Shown: positions 13,443-27,339 of the stretch, one piece after another
How the letters are laid out: each line of letters begins with the position of its first letter
How positions within the stretch are numbered: position 1 is the first letter of the stretch
From: the human T2T-CHM13v2.0 reference genome, Homo sapiens
Assembly (NCBI RefSeq): GCF_009914755.1
Contig: NC_060939.1
Reading direction: 5' to 3' (one strand)
Length of the DNA stretch: 64,000 nucleotides
The notes under the pieces: model-generated
What the model was told of the DNA's origin: nothing
The model's input: the letters and a program-made list of their open reading frames with translations, nothing else
Database searches by the model: none
Made by a program: the position numbers and the translations under genes

Positions 13443-15699
13443 CTACAGATATTTAAAAATACTCAGAATAAAACTTAGAGTTGGACAAAACTTTAGAGGT
13501 AATCTTTCTAATCTTCCAGGGGGGAATCTAAGACTGATATTTTAGAATATAACTTTAAAAACTATCTTCTTTCTTAGAAGCAAAGCCAGACAGAGAACTC
13601 AAATGTCTGAATCACAGGTTGTTCTACTCCCTCAGAGTCCTTTTCTGTTGACTGGTATGAATGTAATGCTTATAAACATGTTAAATCATATATATAATTG
13701 TTTACATAGGATTACATATTGAGCTTGTAAATCATTTTTATTTAATAGAATTCCAGTTCAAATCCTTTTCTCTTACAGATTAACCAAGTAAGTTGAAGCT
13801 TGGTCTGAATCAGAAGGAAAAAAAAAAAAACTAAACTAAAAAACTATAAAAGTATACCCTCATCTCATAAATCTACCCTTCTAATGTGTCAAATTGCTGG
13901 CAAATCTATTTATGTGTTGTATATGTATTTGCACGTATGTTATACATAGGCGTACCCATATAATCTGGCAATACTTCCTATGTGATGTAAGGATTATGTA
14001 AATCAGAATGGTGAATAAGCCCACTTAAATCCTTAGGTAGTTAACATTGAGGGAAAATTGTGGTGACATTCATAAGTTCATGTTTGCTTTCGAAAAATAA
14101 TCATCCTGTAGACTGTAAAAAACACTGGCCCTAACCAAAAGATTGTATACCAGGTAAGGATGCCAAATGCAGTTCACACAAAGCAATTATAGTAAAAGCT
14201 GTGAGTTTTACTACTGCTCGGGGAATACTTTACACATTTACTTTTCCTCTATGAAAGAAACTTGTGCTGAGAAACCACTGCCTTCTCTATGCAAATGGAA
14301 AATGTGGGCTACCTGAGGAAAGGGTAAAAATGCAGTTTAATTTCTATGTAAACCTTGGCGAATAATTTAAGAAGTCAAACTGATGTGAGGAAGAAGTAAA
14401 ATAAAAGGCTTCTCATTCCTGAACTGGCTCTCCTTAGCATTTTCTTCCTTGGGTATAATCTGATTCAGAGCAGGAACATACAGTACAGTTAGCATTCAAC
14501 TTTAATTGCAATGAGGTGACAACATACTGGGTAATGAGTTGTTTATGAGTTGTAGATGTGTTTACAATGAGTTGACAATGTGTTGGATAAAGTGTTCTTC
14601 CAAAGTTGTAGATCTATTTACAGTAAGCGGTGGGGGATGTTCATTAGTTGTCGATTTGTTTGTTTACATTGTTTTCGATTTGCAATTGCTATGAAACAAA
14701 TTGCACACTGATGAAGGATGATTGTTTGTGTGCCTTGATGATTTACTGTAGTAGCTTGTCTGAAAAAGTACTTAACTCTGCCTCATCTGTCAGTTTCTAC
14801 TGCAAAAGCTCCCAGTCACAATAGTTTTATTAGCATAGCATGGACCATTTGTAAGAACATTACGCATCTAAGAAATCTCAGGACTTTGCTATTCAGCCCA
14901 TTGTATTTGAGCCAGCAGACCTGAACAGAATTCTTTCTGCTTGGTACACGTTTATATCTTTTTAAGTTAGAACATGATTAATAGTTTTCAAACTCCCAGC
15001 TACAGAAAGAATTCAAGTCCTTTGTAACTCAAGGTACTGTTAATTTTCCACCTTATCTTTGACCCACTAACTTCTCTGAAAAGGCTTTTTTTTAAAAAAA
15101 GGACTAATTTGAGTGTTATAATACAGTTTTACTAAATATGTGTTTTTAACATATTGGAGGACAAAAGAATAGTATGGGCCCTATATTTTAAAATTTACAA
15201 CAAGCCAGTTTGATCCGCATTAATACGTATTACTTCTATATCTTGTGTATTTAATAAATTTTTTTGATAGAAGGGAAGAAATGAGAAAAAGAAATGGAAC
15301 ATCCACACCTTCAGCATCTCACAATTCACTATGTCCCCTATATATAACAGACCCACATGTATTCACATAAGGGAGCTGATACCCTTATACACTGTGCCTC
15401 ATTCATATTCCATTAATACATCATGATAAATAAAGCCACCTTGTATTAATTTAACCATAAAAAGATATGACTCAGAATTCATAGGCCATGCCTAAAAAAC
15501 CTGTAGTCTTTAAGGCATGAAAAATTAAATACTGAAATATTTAAATTCCTGAAATCAAAAGTACAAAAAAACCCCCAAACCTAAGAGAATTAAAAGGGAC
15601 AAGATGAGCCAGTAAAAGCAAGTATAATGTGAGTTTAATAAATAACAACAAATACCATTAATTTAAAATTTCCAAAGCTTATAACATACAATATCTTAT

Positions 15700-15921
15700 T
15701 TAATCGGTCCCAAAATTCTTGGGACCAGAAGTGTTTTAGATTTCATATTTTTTTTATTTGGAATATTTGCATTATATACTTATTGGTTGAACATTCCTAA
15801 TTTGAAATCTGAAATGCTCCAAAATCCAAAACTTTCTGAGCAATGACATGATGCTCAAAGGAAATGCTCACTGGAGCATTTTGGATTTGGGATTTTTAGA
15901 TTAGGGAATATCCACCCTGTA
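15700..15921. mobile_element. Tigger4a/MER46-like (TcMar-Tigger) non-autonomous element
   Basis: 'cttgggaccagaagtgtttt', internal palindrome 'atgctccaaaatccaaa..ggagcattttggattt', and a terminal CTG followed by TA. Confidence 0.75.
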
Positions 15922-15929
15922 TAGAGATG

Positions 15930-16070
15930 CAAAGTGGTACTTTTATCCCCATTATACATGTGAAACAACTGACACTGCGGAAGCCAATGGCTTTTTTGAG
16001 GTCATGCAATTAGGAAGGACAGAACTGAAACGTAACCTATAGGTTTTGATTTAAATCTGGTGTTAATCTT
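15930..16070 (-). mobile_element. MIR fragment
   Basis: 'tatccccattatacatgtgaaacaactgac..aggtcatgcaa'. Confidence 0.5.
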
Positions 16071-17397
16071 ATCAGTTTCTGTTCTATTTTGTTTTTATTA
16101 TGACAGAAGTAAAATCCCAAAATACTAACACTTACACTAATGCACTAACACTTTTCCCTTTAGTTTGCCGAAGTCATAGAAGAGATCTACTGATTTTTTT
16201 TTTCTCCTACTAGTATACTGTTATTTTCCATAACACACTTACCTCCATTTGAGATTTCTAACTCATAGAAAAACAAGGAAACTTGATAAAAATCACACAA
16301 AATTAGTGTTCTCCTAAAGAAGCACCCTGAACGGAAAGATTTCTATTATTCTTAAGTCTGGTTTCCATGTTTGTCCCTGAGGAACATGTTTGGCCTCCAA
16401 ACCTGAAGTCAGCTTCATAGGCGTTTTTTTTTTTCAGGCTAAGGAAAAGAAAGACATTTTAATTGTCTAAAAAATTTAATAGATATACGAAACAAGTATT
16501 TCTAAAGATATAACCTAATAGGTCCTAAATGCTAAATTGGGCTTTTGAAGATCACATAGGGGCTTTCACTTACTAACATCAATGGTGCCAAAGCAAACAA
16601 GAAAGAGATTACATTTTCCTCTCTTGATGTGCCACTGTGAGCTTGAAAAAATAAATTCTTCGCGCTTTCCAACATGCTGACCCTAAAACAAATCTGTCAT
16701 TGGAATCTCAAGAAAAGGCACTGGATGAAGTACTGAGGTGTTGCTTCCTGAGAGTCACGTTAGCATATTCATGTTGGAAAGGATTTCATCTTGGAGGCTT
16801 CTGTTCATCTAACCAGATACTCTGCAAGTAAAAATGCATGAAATTTAAACCAGCTTTCACATGGCCATTTTTTATGGCAGACCATTTCAGCAGTCTAACA
16901 GGGGTAGACACCTATAAATGTATAATGTGATGAATTAAATTGTAATGCAGCCTGGATACATATGGACGTACTGTTTGCCCTTCAGTGCAAATCCATTTTT
17001 ATGTCAAAAGGAATCCATTGAAATTAATAGGGCATTATCCAAGCAATAAGTAACTCTATACATACGATGCAAATATTTCTAGCAGGAAGACACATTTTCT
17101 CTAAATAATGTAAAAAATAACCATGCTAAGAAATTGTATGGTAAATTAATGCACTACAGAAGTGGTAACATTTCTTATATTTTTAAAAAGAAAACAGGTG
17201 GATAGACGACTAAGATCTTTAATCTTTATTGGGATAATATCAAGTAGCAAAATAAAATGTATTACTTTCTAAAACCGCATTTATTTTGGATGCAGGCACA
17301 CAGGTATTTTTTTTTTTGGACAAAATTAGCTGATGCACCAATGTCACTGTACGTATTTCAGCTATATAATGCAGTTTAGTTTGCTATCCAAGAAATT

Positions 17398-17530
17398 ATT
17401 TCATTCATTCATTTGTGCATTCATTTAAAGAGTATTTTGGGTTTCTACCATGTCCTAAAAAACCAAGTCGAACGGAGGACAGAGCAATAAACACAATAGA
17501 CATGATCATTGTCTTCATTGTGTTAAAGGG
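17398..17530 (-). mobile_element. L2 3' end
   Basis: (TTCA)n tail followed by 'ctaccatgtcc..gacagagcaataaac'. Confidence 0.6.
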
Positions 17531-19349
17531 TGAACTTTCCAGTCTCTGAATCTGAGATTTCTAAACTTTCCTCTGCAGCACTATTTTTTAATATTGAATT
17601 ACTCTTTATACGTCCCTTGACTATTTTCATATTTCACATTCTTGTGCCCAGTGCTTTCTTAAAATGATGATATGCTCTCATACTTTGTACTTAAAGTAAT
17701 TTTTATCATATCTAGTTTTTACTGTTGTATATGCTCAATTTTTCTTCTCTCATCCCCAAGAAGCATTTTCTGGCTATAAGAAAGATAAAATGTCTGTTCC
17801 TCAGCAGGTACTCAATACATATTACTTTCACCACCCCACCTGTAATATAAAATACTGATCTCTTCACTCCTCATGTGCTTTACAGAATTCAATGAAGAAC
17901 CATTAAAGGGGGTTGGGAACAGAGTTTATAGTCACATGCAATCAATATTCTTTATCTTTGCTGTCAGTACTAAGTTGTGGTAGGCACTGGCCAGATAGAT
18001 CTGGAATGACCAGATACAGAAGTCGTTTGATTAGGGGAACCTCGCAAATGGTATTTATCTTGTGGCAGGTACTCAAGAAGAAAAGGAGTACGGACATGTA
18101 AGAGTGGACAGGGCCAGTAGCTGCAGCTGAGTACTGAGTCCAGCTTTCAGTGGCACTGAAATGGGCCAGCAGAAAGCACAGGCCACATCAGGTTCCAAAG
18201 CAAATGAGGGAAAACAAAACACATGAATTGGTACAAACCAGTAAGTTGGTATAAGACCCAGGGCCTGAAGGAGCAGTCAAAGAAAAGATAAGTTCTCCCA
18301 ATGTAGGTTGATAGGATATCCTGTGTTGCAGAGATAGTGGAGAATGGGGAAGGAGGGGCAGTCAAATGTAGCACCCTTCAAAAAATAGATTCTGAGCAGT
18401 AGGACCATAAGTTATGGCTGAAGCTCAATAAACACTTCTTCCTTTTAAATAAATTATACAGGCTGCTAAGTGTTATCTGAGGATAGAGAGATGTGCCTCA
18501 CTGCCTTTCTCAAAGCTGGGTAAGGGCTCTTGCATGAGATGTGTGAGGTGACCACCACTTGAGCCTTACATGTACAAGGATCTTATTGGCTTGAGCCTTG
18601 GCCTCTCCATCAACCTCCAAGGCAGGTGCATGGAAATGAGGAGACTTGATATGAACATATTCCAGCCTCATTAACCTTCTGCAATTTGCTTGACCTACAA
18701 TCTATTTTCAGCTATTGTGTTGTGGGGAGATTGCTTTCTGGAACCTTTATTGCAAAATTTGTGCAACAAAATGTCGGGTATTTATTTAGAATCAATAAAA
18801 CTGATTATGTACCAGGTAAAGTATGAAATAGATACAGCCTTCTTTGAAAGGACAATTATGTCACCTGCACTCCTGTGATTGTAGCCACTGACTGAACAAT
18901 GGGACCACTGGCTCGTTCAACCAATTAGTGCTCAGAAATGCCCTGCTCTTGCTCTGCTCACATACAGAGCCATGCATTTTCTCCAGCTCTCCAGCTTCTC
19001 TAATGAGGCTGTAAAAGAAGTTTATGTGGCACTTCATAAGCTGCATAGGGCAACTGAAAGAAATAATTATCCACTCATAATGAAATGATGATATTATGCC
19101 CATCCCCAAAATGTCCATGAGCAGGATACAATGTACAAGAGCAGATCATTTGCAACAGGCTGGACAAAAAGTTGAGGATGGGTCATTTTGGAAGAAGGCA
19201 ACTTTTTTTTTTTTGTCTTAAAGTGTAAGCAATAGAAGTGACTTTCCTGCTGAAAGAGAATATGGCAAGTTTAATATGTGTGGAAGAAGCAAGGCAGGAT
19301 CTGGCTCAAAGTTCCCCAGATAATCAAAATAATTCTTCATGGCCTAGAT

Positions 19350-19535
19350 CAGTAGTTTTCAAAGGTATGCTCAAAAATTACCCAGAGAGCCTGTAAAAAT
19401 GAGGAGTTCTTGGCTCCATCTTCAAAGGTTCTGAATCAGTTGATGTGGACTTTGACTCAGGTATCTGCATTTTTTAAGAAGCACGTCAATTGCTGTTTTA
19501 AGATAGGTAGTTTGCAAATCATGTGAAAAACATGA
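19350..19535. mobile_element. MER5A-like (hAT-Charlie)
   Basis: TIR-like 'cagtagttttcaaa' ... 'tgaaaaacatg', internal 'ttctgaatcagt..atctgcattttt', and CCTAGA on both flanks. Confidence 0.7.
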
Positions 19536-21127
19536 TCCTAGAGTTGTGGTGGAGTAGACCTTAACTTCCACCCATGAGCAATGTGGTGTGTACTCCTTAG
19601 TGGTTTGAAGAAATCTCCTAAAAGGCTCATTTATAACTACTGGGATAGAAATCTCTAGACCTCTCTTAGGAAAGAAGCCATACTGATCTTCCCAATGAGT
19701 CAACTGTTAAATTTCTTATTGAAAATGCAGAATGAGGCTTCGAGTGATAGCAAATCTGGTTTAGGAAGGAAAAGATATATCGTCTTCCCCTTACAATACT
19801 AGAAACTTCAACGAGTAGAATAAAAAGACCAAGTAGACTATCAGGGATTTTACTGTGAGAAGAGAAGAGATACCTAAAAGTAGAACAAGCTATTTATTTG
19901 AATTTTCCTATACCCTTTAAATATCAGCTTTTTCAATGTTACTTTTCAGAGACTATAACCTTTTAAGAAGTGAAAAGTCACCAAAATCCTATACATTATA
20001 TTGAAGCAGTTTGTCAAAATGTCACCCAGCAGTTGATGCCAATTGCTAACAAGATATTGTGTTTCCTTATTTAATTGGCCGGGTTACCTAATTATGGCTG
20101 CCTTTGGATATCTATTAATGGTATCCTTCAAAGGAATAGAAAGCAGCATTTGAGGCAATTTTATATAAATATATGAAAAGGGAGTTAAAGTAAGGGGATA
20201 TTCCCCAATGAGAATTATTCTTAGATAATAAAATTTACCTGTTTGCATGGGTCCTTAATTTGTAGAAACACCTCCATAACATATCCAAAACAAACCTGGA
20301 TAACTGCCAATTACCCATGCTGTTATACTGTCCAGAAGTTATCTTGGCATACAGCTCAGTAGAAAATAGGAAGTACCCTGGAAATTACTCATAAAATGTG
20401 AATAGCACATGTCAGAGTCGGTGAGCTTTGGATGGACTATAAAGGGTTTTCATTATTTAGGTCTATGAAAGCAAAGGAAACAGAAATATATCCAATAATG
20501 TAAGGCAGCGGAACCAGGAAATTTATAAGGCTTAATCTGTGGATTTAATTTAAAATATTGGGCCCTGTTCAAACTGTGACATTAAAAACATTATCCCTGG
20601 CTGTGGTAGTGATCACTCAGAGGTCAGGAAAAATAGGATGTCAAACATCCCAAGGTTTTTAGACAAAGGACATTTAATGAATCACTTTCCTTCCAGCTTT
20701 CCTTTCTTTCCTCTCATGTGGACATGAAAGACAAAATCTTAACACATTCTGTAATCAATGGAGAGGCTTCCCAGTGCCACTTACCTTAAATACTATATTA
20801 ATCTTATTTATTACCCCTAGGCTGAAGCTATAGTTAATTAAGTGGGCCTAGGCCAATCCAGTTTAAGAATGCTATCTCTAAAAATTTCCAAATCACAGAT
20901 AATTAGACAGGATAACGCCAAAACTCACTGCCCTCGATGCTATCACCAAAGTATTGCTCAGCTTTGGGAGAGACAGATAATATCAGAGGGTAGAATAATA
21001 TTGGGTTCCCTACAGTATTCATTAAGTTTGGAGAAAAAACAGAACTGTCTCAATCTAGAGTTCCTGGAGAGGAAGTCTGGACATGCTTAGCCTGGCTAAG
21101 TCCCAGTGACTGTCAGGGCATTCACAC

Positions 21128-21240
21128 CCAGGGCTTGTGGGTGCAGCTGTGCAGTGTGCACTGCTCAACTCCAGAAGCTAAGATGCATATGTGCTGCCAC
21201 ATGAATGGTGCCCTATTGAGCAGAGCAATCCCAGAAACCC
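21128..21240. mobile_element. MER91-like hAT MITE remnant
   Basis: 'cagggc..gtgcactgctcaactccag..tgaatggtgccc'. Confidence 0.5.
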
Positions 21241-21688
21241 AGTTTATTTCACTTCTGAAATATTTGTGGAGCTGAACGCAGAGAGAAAATTAAATGAGGC
21301 GAACAAAGCCAGTTAAAATTGTTTAGGGTGTTAAATTAACTATTCTGTAATGAAAATAGCACCTGCCTGGGCATGTCCTGAGAGAGCACAGGCATGACAC
21401 TGAGGCCTGACACCACTGTACAGCCTAAAATGTCTTCTCTCATCTGGAAGGCATCAGAGACTCTTAAGAGCTCACACTGACTTTTGCCTAAAACTACCTG
21501 AAAATGCTAATTGCTACATTGGAGATAGACATTTCACTTAAACTTCTCACTCTTTTCTTATTTTCCCCCATGAGAATGGCTGCATTAAGGGTTCATTGTA
21601 AGGAAGAGAGAAACATTATGTAGTTATGCATTTATTTATAAAATAATTCATTAAACCTGAAGTGGTTTAGTGATACTATTATAATGGG

Positions 21689-22105
21689 ATGATCATATAT
21701 ATAATTTTGGTTCTAAAAATGGCGATTTTATTCAACCTAGTTCTTTGAACTTGGCCTGGGTGGAAATGACAATTCTAATTAAAATATGTAGTAAGATTCT
21801 GTATGGAATTGCTTCCTTTCTGAGTATGTTGAAAAGTTTATGTGGTGCATTTGATCACTTTCAAATATCTAAATTAATCATAAGAGCAGCTTAAGGAGTA
21901 GCTATTAGGGAGAAAGTGTAATATGATAAGATGAAGAATAACAATACAGTTAATCCGGCTAGCCACTAGAATTCCAGCCTCCTGAGGACCCCGGAGGTGT
22001 GAATGAAACGAATGCTATGATCATATATATAATTTTGGTTCTAAAAATGCTGACTTTATTCAACCTGGTTCTTTGAATTTGGCCTGGGTGCAAAATGACA
22101 ATTCT
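21689..22105 (+). repeat. Spaced direct repeat: 21689-21776 and 22017-22105
   Basis: Two copies of 88 and 89 nt with 6 substitutions and 1 indel, separated by a 240-nt spacer. Confidence 0.95.
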
Positions 22106-22118
22106 GGGTGTGGGGTCA

Positions 22119-22503
22119 TGTTATGAGCTGAATTGTTCCAACCTCCCACATTAATATGTTGAATCCCTAACCCAGAATGTAACTATATTTGAAGATAGGG
22201 CCTTTAAGGAGGTAGTTAAGATTAAATGAGGATATAAAAGCAGGGCCTCAATTCAGTAGTGCTGTTGTCCCTAGAAGAAGATAAACAAATACCCAGCATG
22301 TAGGCAAACAGAGGAAAGGCCATGAGAGCACACAGTGAGAAGATGGCCATCTGCAAGTCGAGAAGAGAGGCCTCAAGAGAAACCAAACCTGCCAATACTT
22401 TCATCTTAGACTTCTAGCATCAGAACTGTAAGAAAATAAACTTCTGTTATATAAGCCACCCAGTCTGTGGTATTTGTAATGGCAACTCTAGCAGGCTAGG
22501 ACA
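22119..22503 (+). mobile_element. MaLR solo LTR (MLT1B/MLT1A-like)
   Basis: 'tgttatgagctgaatt..gatagggcctttaagga..agaactgtaagaaaataaa..aagccacccagtctgtggtattt..aca'. Confidence 0.9.
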
Positions 22504-23138
22504 AGAGGGGTCCCATGGATAACTCCCATGCACTCACAAATGACCATGTTTTCCTCCTTTAGCCTATACATGATTCTTTATTGTCATAGTCCCAAGGTAT
22601 GGCTAGTATGCATTTGTGTGGACATTTTATAGCAGCTACTACTCCTGTCTTGTCCTCTGGTGTCCCCACATTGTCTATTTGAATCCCAAACTTTGGAGGC
22701 TACTGTGATGACCTGGGCTGTTTCTTTAGCGGTCACTCAGCTGATATGAAAAAAAAAAAAATCTTCTAACTTGTGGGCTACACTTTGTACCAGCCTACAG
22801 TGAGGCTTCCTAGTGCTCTCAATTTATTTGTTTGAGATACTCTGAAGATAGCAGTTTTTATTTGTATTTTTTTATTATACCCCACCTTTCCCTTGAAGTA
22901 TGCTTCCAAAATCTGAATAAAACTGGAATTTTCCAACTGAAGATCCATCTTAGCTTAGTGTTGCAACTAAGCAAAATACCAATCCAAAGTGTAGAAAAAT
23001 ATTGTAAGTCTTATTGAAATTTCCTGATAAAGAAATGAAAACAAAGGAAAATTGCATCACAAAATGTACAAAAAAACTTCATAAGAATCTATTTTATTCA
23101 CCTGTGTCCCAGAGTTCAATATAGTGTGACAAGTGCCC

Positions 23139-23684
23139 TGTCCAGAAAAGAGTTAACATAGCAGGCCTGAGACTGCTATCCTTATAAAGGCCTGCATGCA
23201 AGGTTGACTGATATCTGTAACCTTGGATTTCAACAGAGTTCTCACCACCGTAATTGATAAGAATTGCTAACTGTGCCTAAACTGTTTGCATAAACCATGA
23301 GGTTTACATTGAACACCTGCTTTCCCTCTGGGAGTCTAGAATTTTGTTATGTGCCAGGAAGAGGGTGCCTATGTAACAAGCTACCAGTAAAATCCCTGGA
23401 CACTGAATGAGCTTCCCTGGTAAATAACATATTGCACATATTATCACAATTTGTTGCTGGAGGACTTGAGTGCAATCTATGTGACTCCACTCAGAGAAAA
23501 CTCCTGAAAGCTTATACCTGGTTTCCTCCAGACTTGTCCCCATGCACCTTTATTTTTTGCTGATTTTGCTTTGTATCTATTAACCACAAAAAATCATAGC
23601 TGTGAGCACAACTGTTTGCTGAGTCTTATGAATCCTCCTAGTAAATCATGGAACCTAGGTGTGGTCTTGGGGATCCCTGGCACA
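23139..23684 (+). mobile_element. MER68-like ERVL solo LTR
   Basis: Starts 'tgtccagaaaagagttaacatagcaggcctgagactgctatcctt' and ends 'gtggtcttggggatccctggcaca'. Degenerate 5-bp TSD TGCCC/TGTTC. Confidence 0.8.
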
Positions 23685-23869
23685 TGTTCTAATCACTCTT
23701 TTCTCATTTTCCTGTTAAAATTCTAGCTATGCCTTTCCAATTCTACAGGACTTAGAAAATATAAATCAATTATATGAAAATATAAATAGAAAATAGAAAA
23801 TATGAATCAATTTATATTTGAGATTAGCAAAAATGATAGGGGTATTGAACTCCAAACTATTTTCTTTCA

Positions 23870-24700
23870 CAAAGCAATGACTAAGCTAGCAAAAACTGTC
23901 AACATCAATTTTTTTAGGTCTCTGGAATTCAATCAAAAAGTTACCACAACCAGAGAAATGCCTAATAAATAAATAACAGTTTGATTTCAGTAAAAGAGCT
24001 CTGTTTTATTTTACTAGGCTTGCTACCATCCTGTACTTCCTAGCTCTGCCTTGAAGATGGCAGATTGCATTGCTACTATAGGTTGCTGATACCAGGAAGT
24101 GCAATATGGGATAAACTGAGGGAAATCCATATTGAGCCAAATTTTCAAAAGCCAAAAAAAAAAAAAAAAAACTCTTGAAAGCAGAAACAGGAAAAAACAA
24201 TTTGTCATGTACAAGGACACCACAATAAGATTAACAGCCAATTTCTCATCAGGAAATATGAAAGCTAGAAAGCAGTGGGAGGCTATATTAAAATGTAAAC
24301 CAAGACTCCTATATCTAGGAAAATTACCCCTCAAAAATGAAAGAGATTAAGACATTCCCAGGTAACAAAAGCTGAAGGAGTTCATTGCTATTAGTCCTTG
24401 CTAATGAGAAATGCTAAAGGAAGTTCCTCAGACTGAAATGAAAGGACACTAGACAGTGACCCAATATCATATGAAGAAGTAAATAACAACAGTAAAAGTA
24501 TACATAGGTAAATATAAAAGCCATTATTATTATATTTTGGATTTGTAATACCTCTTTTTATTTCTATGTGACTTAAAAGATAAATGAATAAAACAATAAT
24601 TATGAAGCTACATTAATGGGTTCATAGTGTGTAAAAATGTAATTTGTTATGGTAACAACATGAGGGTAGAGCACAGATATGTTGGAGTAAAGTTTCTCTA
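23870..24700 (+). mobile_element. Old L1M fragment (ORF1 C-terminal region and inter-ORF)
   Basis: ORF 24132-24350 contains IRLTANFSSGNMKARKQWEAILK, matching the L1 ORF1p motif IRLTADxSxETxxARRxW. Confidence 0.85.
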
Positions 24701-25532
24701 TACAGGCATATCTCAAATATACTGCAGGTTTGGTTTCAGACCACTGCAGTGAAGCAAATATAATAAAGTGAGTTGCGCAAATTTTTTGGTTTTCTGGTGC
24801 ACGTGAAATTATGCTTACACTCTACTATAGTCAATCAAGTGTACAATAGAAGTATATCTACAAAACAATATGTATACTTAATTTTAAAATACTTTATTGT
24901 TAAAAAATGCTAGCAATCAGCTGAGATTTCAGCTAGTTATAATTTTTTGCTGGTTGAGGGTCTTGCCTCAATGTTGATGGCTGCTGACTAATCACTAACC
25001 AGGATGGTGGTTGCTGAAGGTTGGGGTGGCCGTGGCAATTTCTTAAAATAAGACAATGATGTTGCTGCATCAGTTGACTCTTCCTTTCATGGAAGATTTC
25101 ATGAGATGCTGTTTGATAGCATTTTAGCCATAGTAGAACTTTTTTCAAAATCAGAGCCGATCCTCTCAAACCCTGCCACTGCTTTATCAACTAAGTTTAT
25201 GTAATGTTGTAAATACTTCATTGTCATTTCAATAATGACAACAAAGAATTCATACCATCTTCACTAGGAATAGATTCCACTGAAGAAATTACTTTCTTTG
25301 TTCATCCATAAGAAGCAATTCCTGATCCATTCAACTTTTATTATAAGATTGTAGCAGTTCTGTTAAATCCTCAGGCTCTATTTTAATTCTAGTTCTCCTG
25401 CTATTTCTATCATCTTCGATTACTTCCTCCACTGAATTCTTGAAGTCCTCAAAGTCATCCATGAAGGTTGTAATCAACTTCTCCTAAACTCCTGTCAATG
25501 TTGATATTTTGACCTCCCCCTGTAAATCATAA

Positions 25533-25823
<291 letters not shown>

Positions 25824-25829
<6 letters not shown>

Positions 25830-26906
25830 AATTATAACTTTCTTAATGACATCTAGAATGGTGAATCCTTTCCAGAAGGTTTTCAGTTTACTTTGCCCAT
25901 TTCCATCAGAAAAATCACTATGAATGGCAGCTACAGGCTTATTAAATGTATTTCTTAAATAATAAGACTTCAAAGTAGAAATTACTGCTTTATCCATGGG
26001 CTGCAGAATGGATATTGTGTTAGCCAGCATGAAAACAACATTAATCTTCTTGTACATCTCCATCAGAGCTCTTGGGTGACCAGGTGCATTGTCAGTAAAC
26101 GGTAATATTTTGAAAGGAATCTCTTTTTCTAAACAGTAGGTCTCAGCAGTGGGCTTATAATATTCAGTAAACCATGCTGTAAACAGATGTGCTGTCATCC
26201 ATGCTTTGTTGTTTCATTTAGGGAGCACAGGCAACATAGATTTTGCATAATTCTTAAGGGCCCTAGGATTTTCAGAATGGTAAACAACATTGGCTTTAAC
26301 TTAAAGTCACCAGCTGCATTAGTCCCTAATAAGAGAGTCAGCCTGTCCTTTGAATCTTTGAAGCCAGGCATTGACTTCCCCTTGCTAGCTATGAAAGCTT
26401 GAGATGACGTCTTCTTCCAATAGAAGGCTGTTTCACCTACACTGAAAATATGTTGTCTAATGTAGCCACTTTCATTAATTATCTTAGCTGGATCTTCCAG
26501 ATAATTTGCTGTAGCTTCTACATCAGCACTTGCTGCATCCATCTTGCACTTCTGTGTTACAGAGATGGCTTTTTGCCCTAAACCTCATAAACCAACCTTT
26601 TCTAACTTCAAACTTTTCCTCTGAAACTTCCCTCTCTCAGCCTCCATAGACTTGAAAAGAGGCCTTGCTGTGGATTAGGCTTTGGCTGAATGGAATATTG
26701 TGGCTAGTTTGATCTTCTATCCAGAATACTAAAATTTTCTCCAATACAAGCAATAAGGCTATGTACTTTCTTATTTGTGTATTTACTAGACTAACACTTT
26801 TAATTTCCTTCAAGAACTTTTTCTTTGCCTTCAAAACCTGGCTAACTATTTGGCACAAGAAGCCTATCTCAGCTTTCAACATATTTTCCTCACTAAGCCT
26901 AATCAT
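25824..26906 (-). pseudogene. Frameshifted Tigger1 (pogo/CENP-B-like, TIGD1-like) transposase remnant
   Basis: Three broken ORFs carry an HTH region (LSEENMLKAEIG), catalytic-domain motifs ([29 protein letters not shown]) and DNAPGHP..LQPMD. Confidence 0.85.
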
Positions 26907-27339
26907 TTCTAGGTTTTTGATTTAAAGTGAGAGACATGTGACTCTTCTTTTCATTTGAATACTGAGAGGCTATTGTAGGCTTATTAATTAGCCTAACTTT
27001 AATACTGTTCTGTCTTAGCAAATAGGGATGCCTAAGGAGAGGGAGAGAGATGGGGACATTGGCCAGTCAGTGGAGCAGTCAGAACATACACAACATTTAT
27101 TAAGTTTGCTGTTTTATTTGAGCATGTTTTGTACACCCCAAAACAATTACAATAGTAATATCAATGATCACTGATCACATACCACCATAACAGATATGAT
27201 AATAATCAAAAAGTTTGAAATATTGTGAGAATTATCAAAATGTGACTCAAACATGAAGTGAGTACATGCTGTTGGAAAATGGCACCAATATATTGCTGGA
27301 ATTAAGTATTACTTTTCCATTGCACTGTACATAATCTTC

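Noticed and set aside
15790-15920. Long inverted repeat as a possible miRNA hairpin
   Set aside because: The internal palindrome of Tigger4/MER46 explains it.
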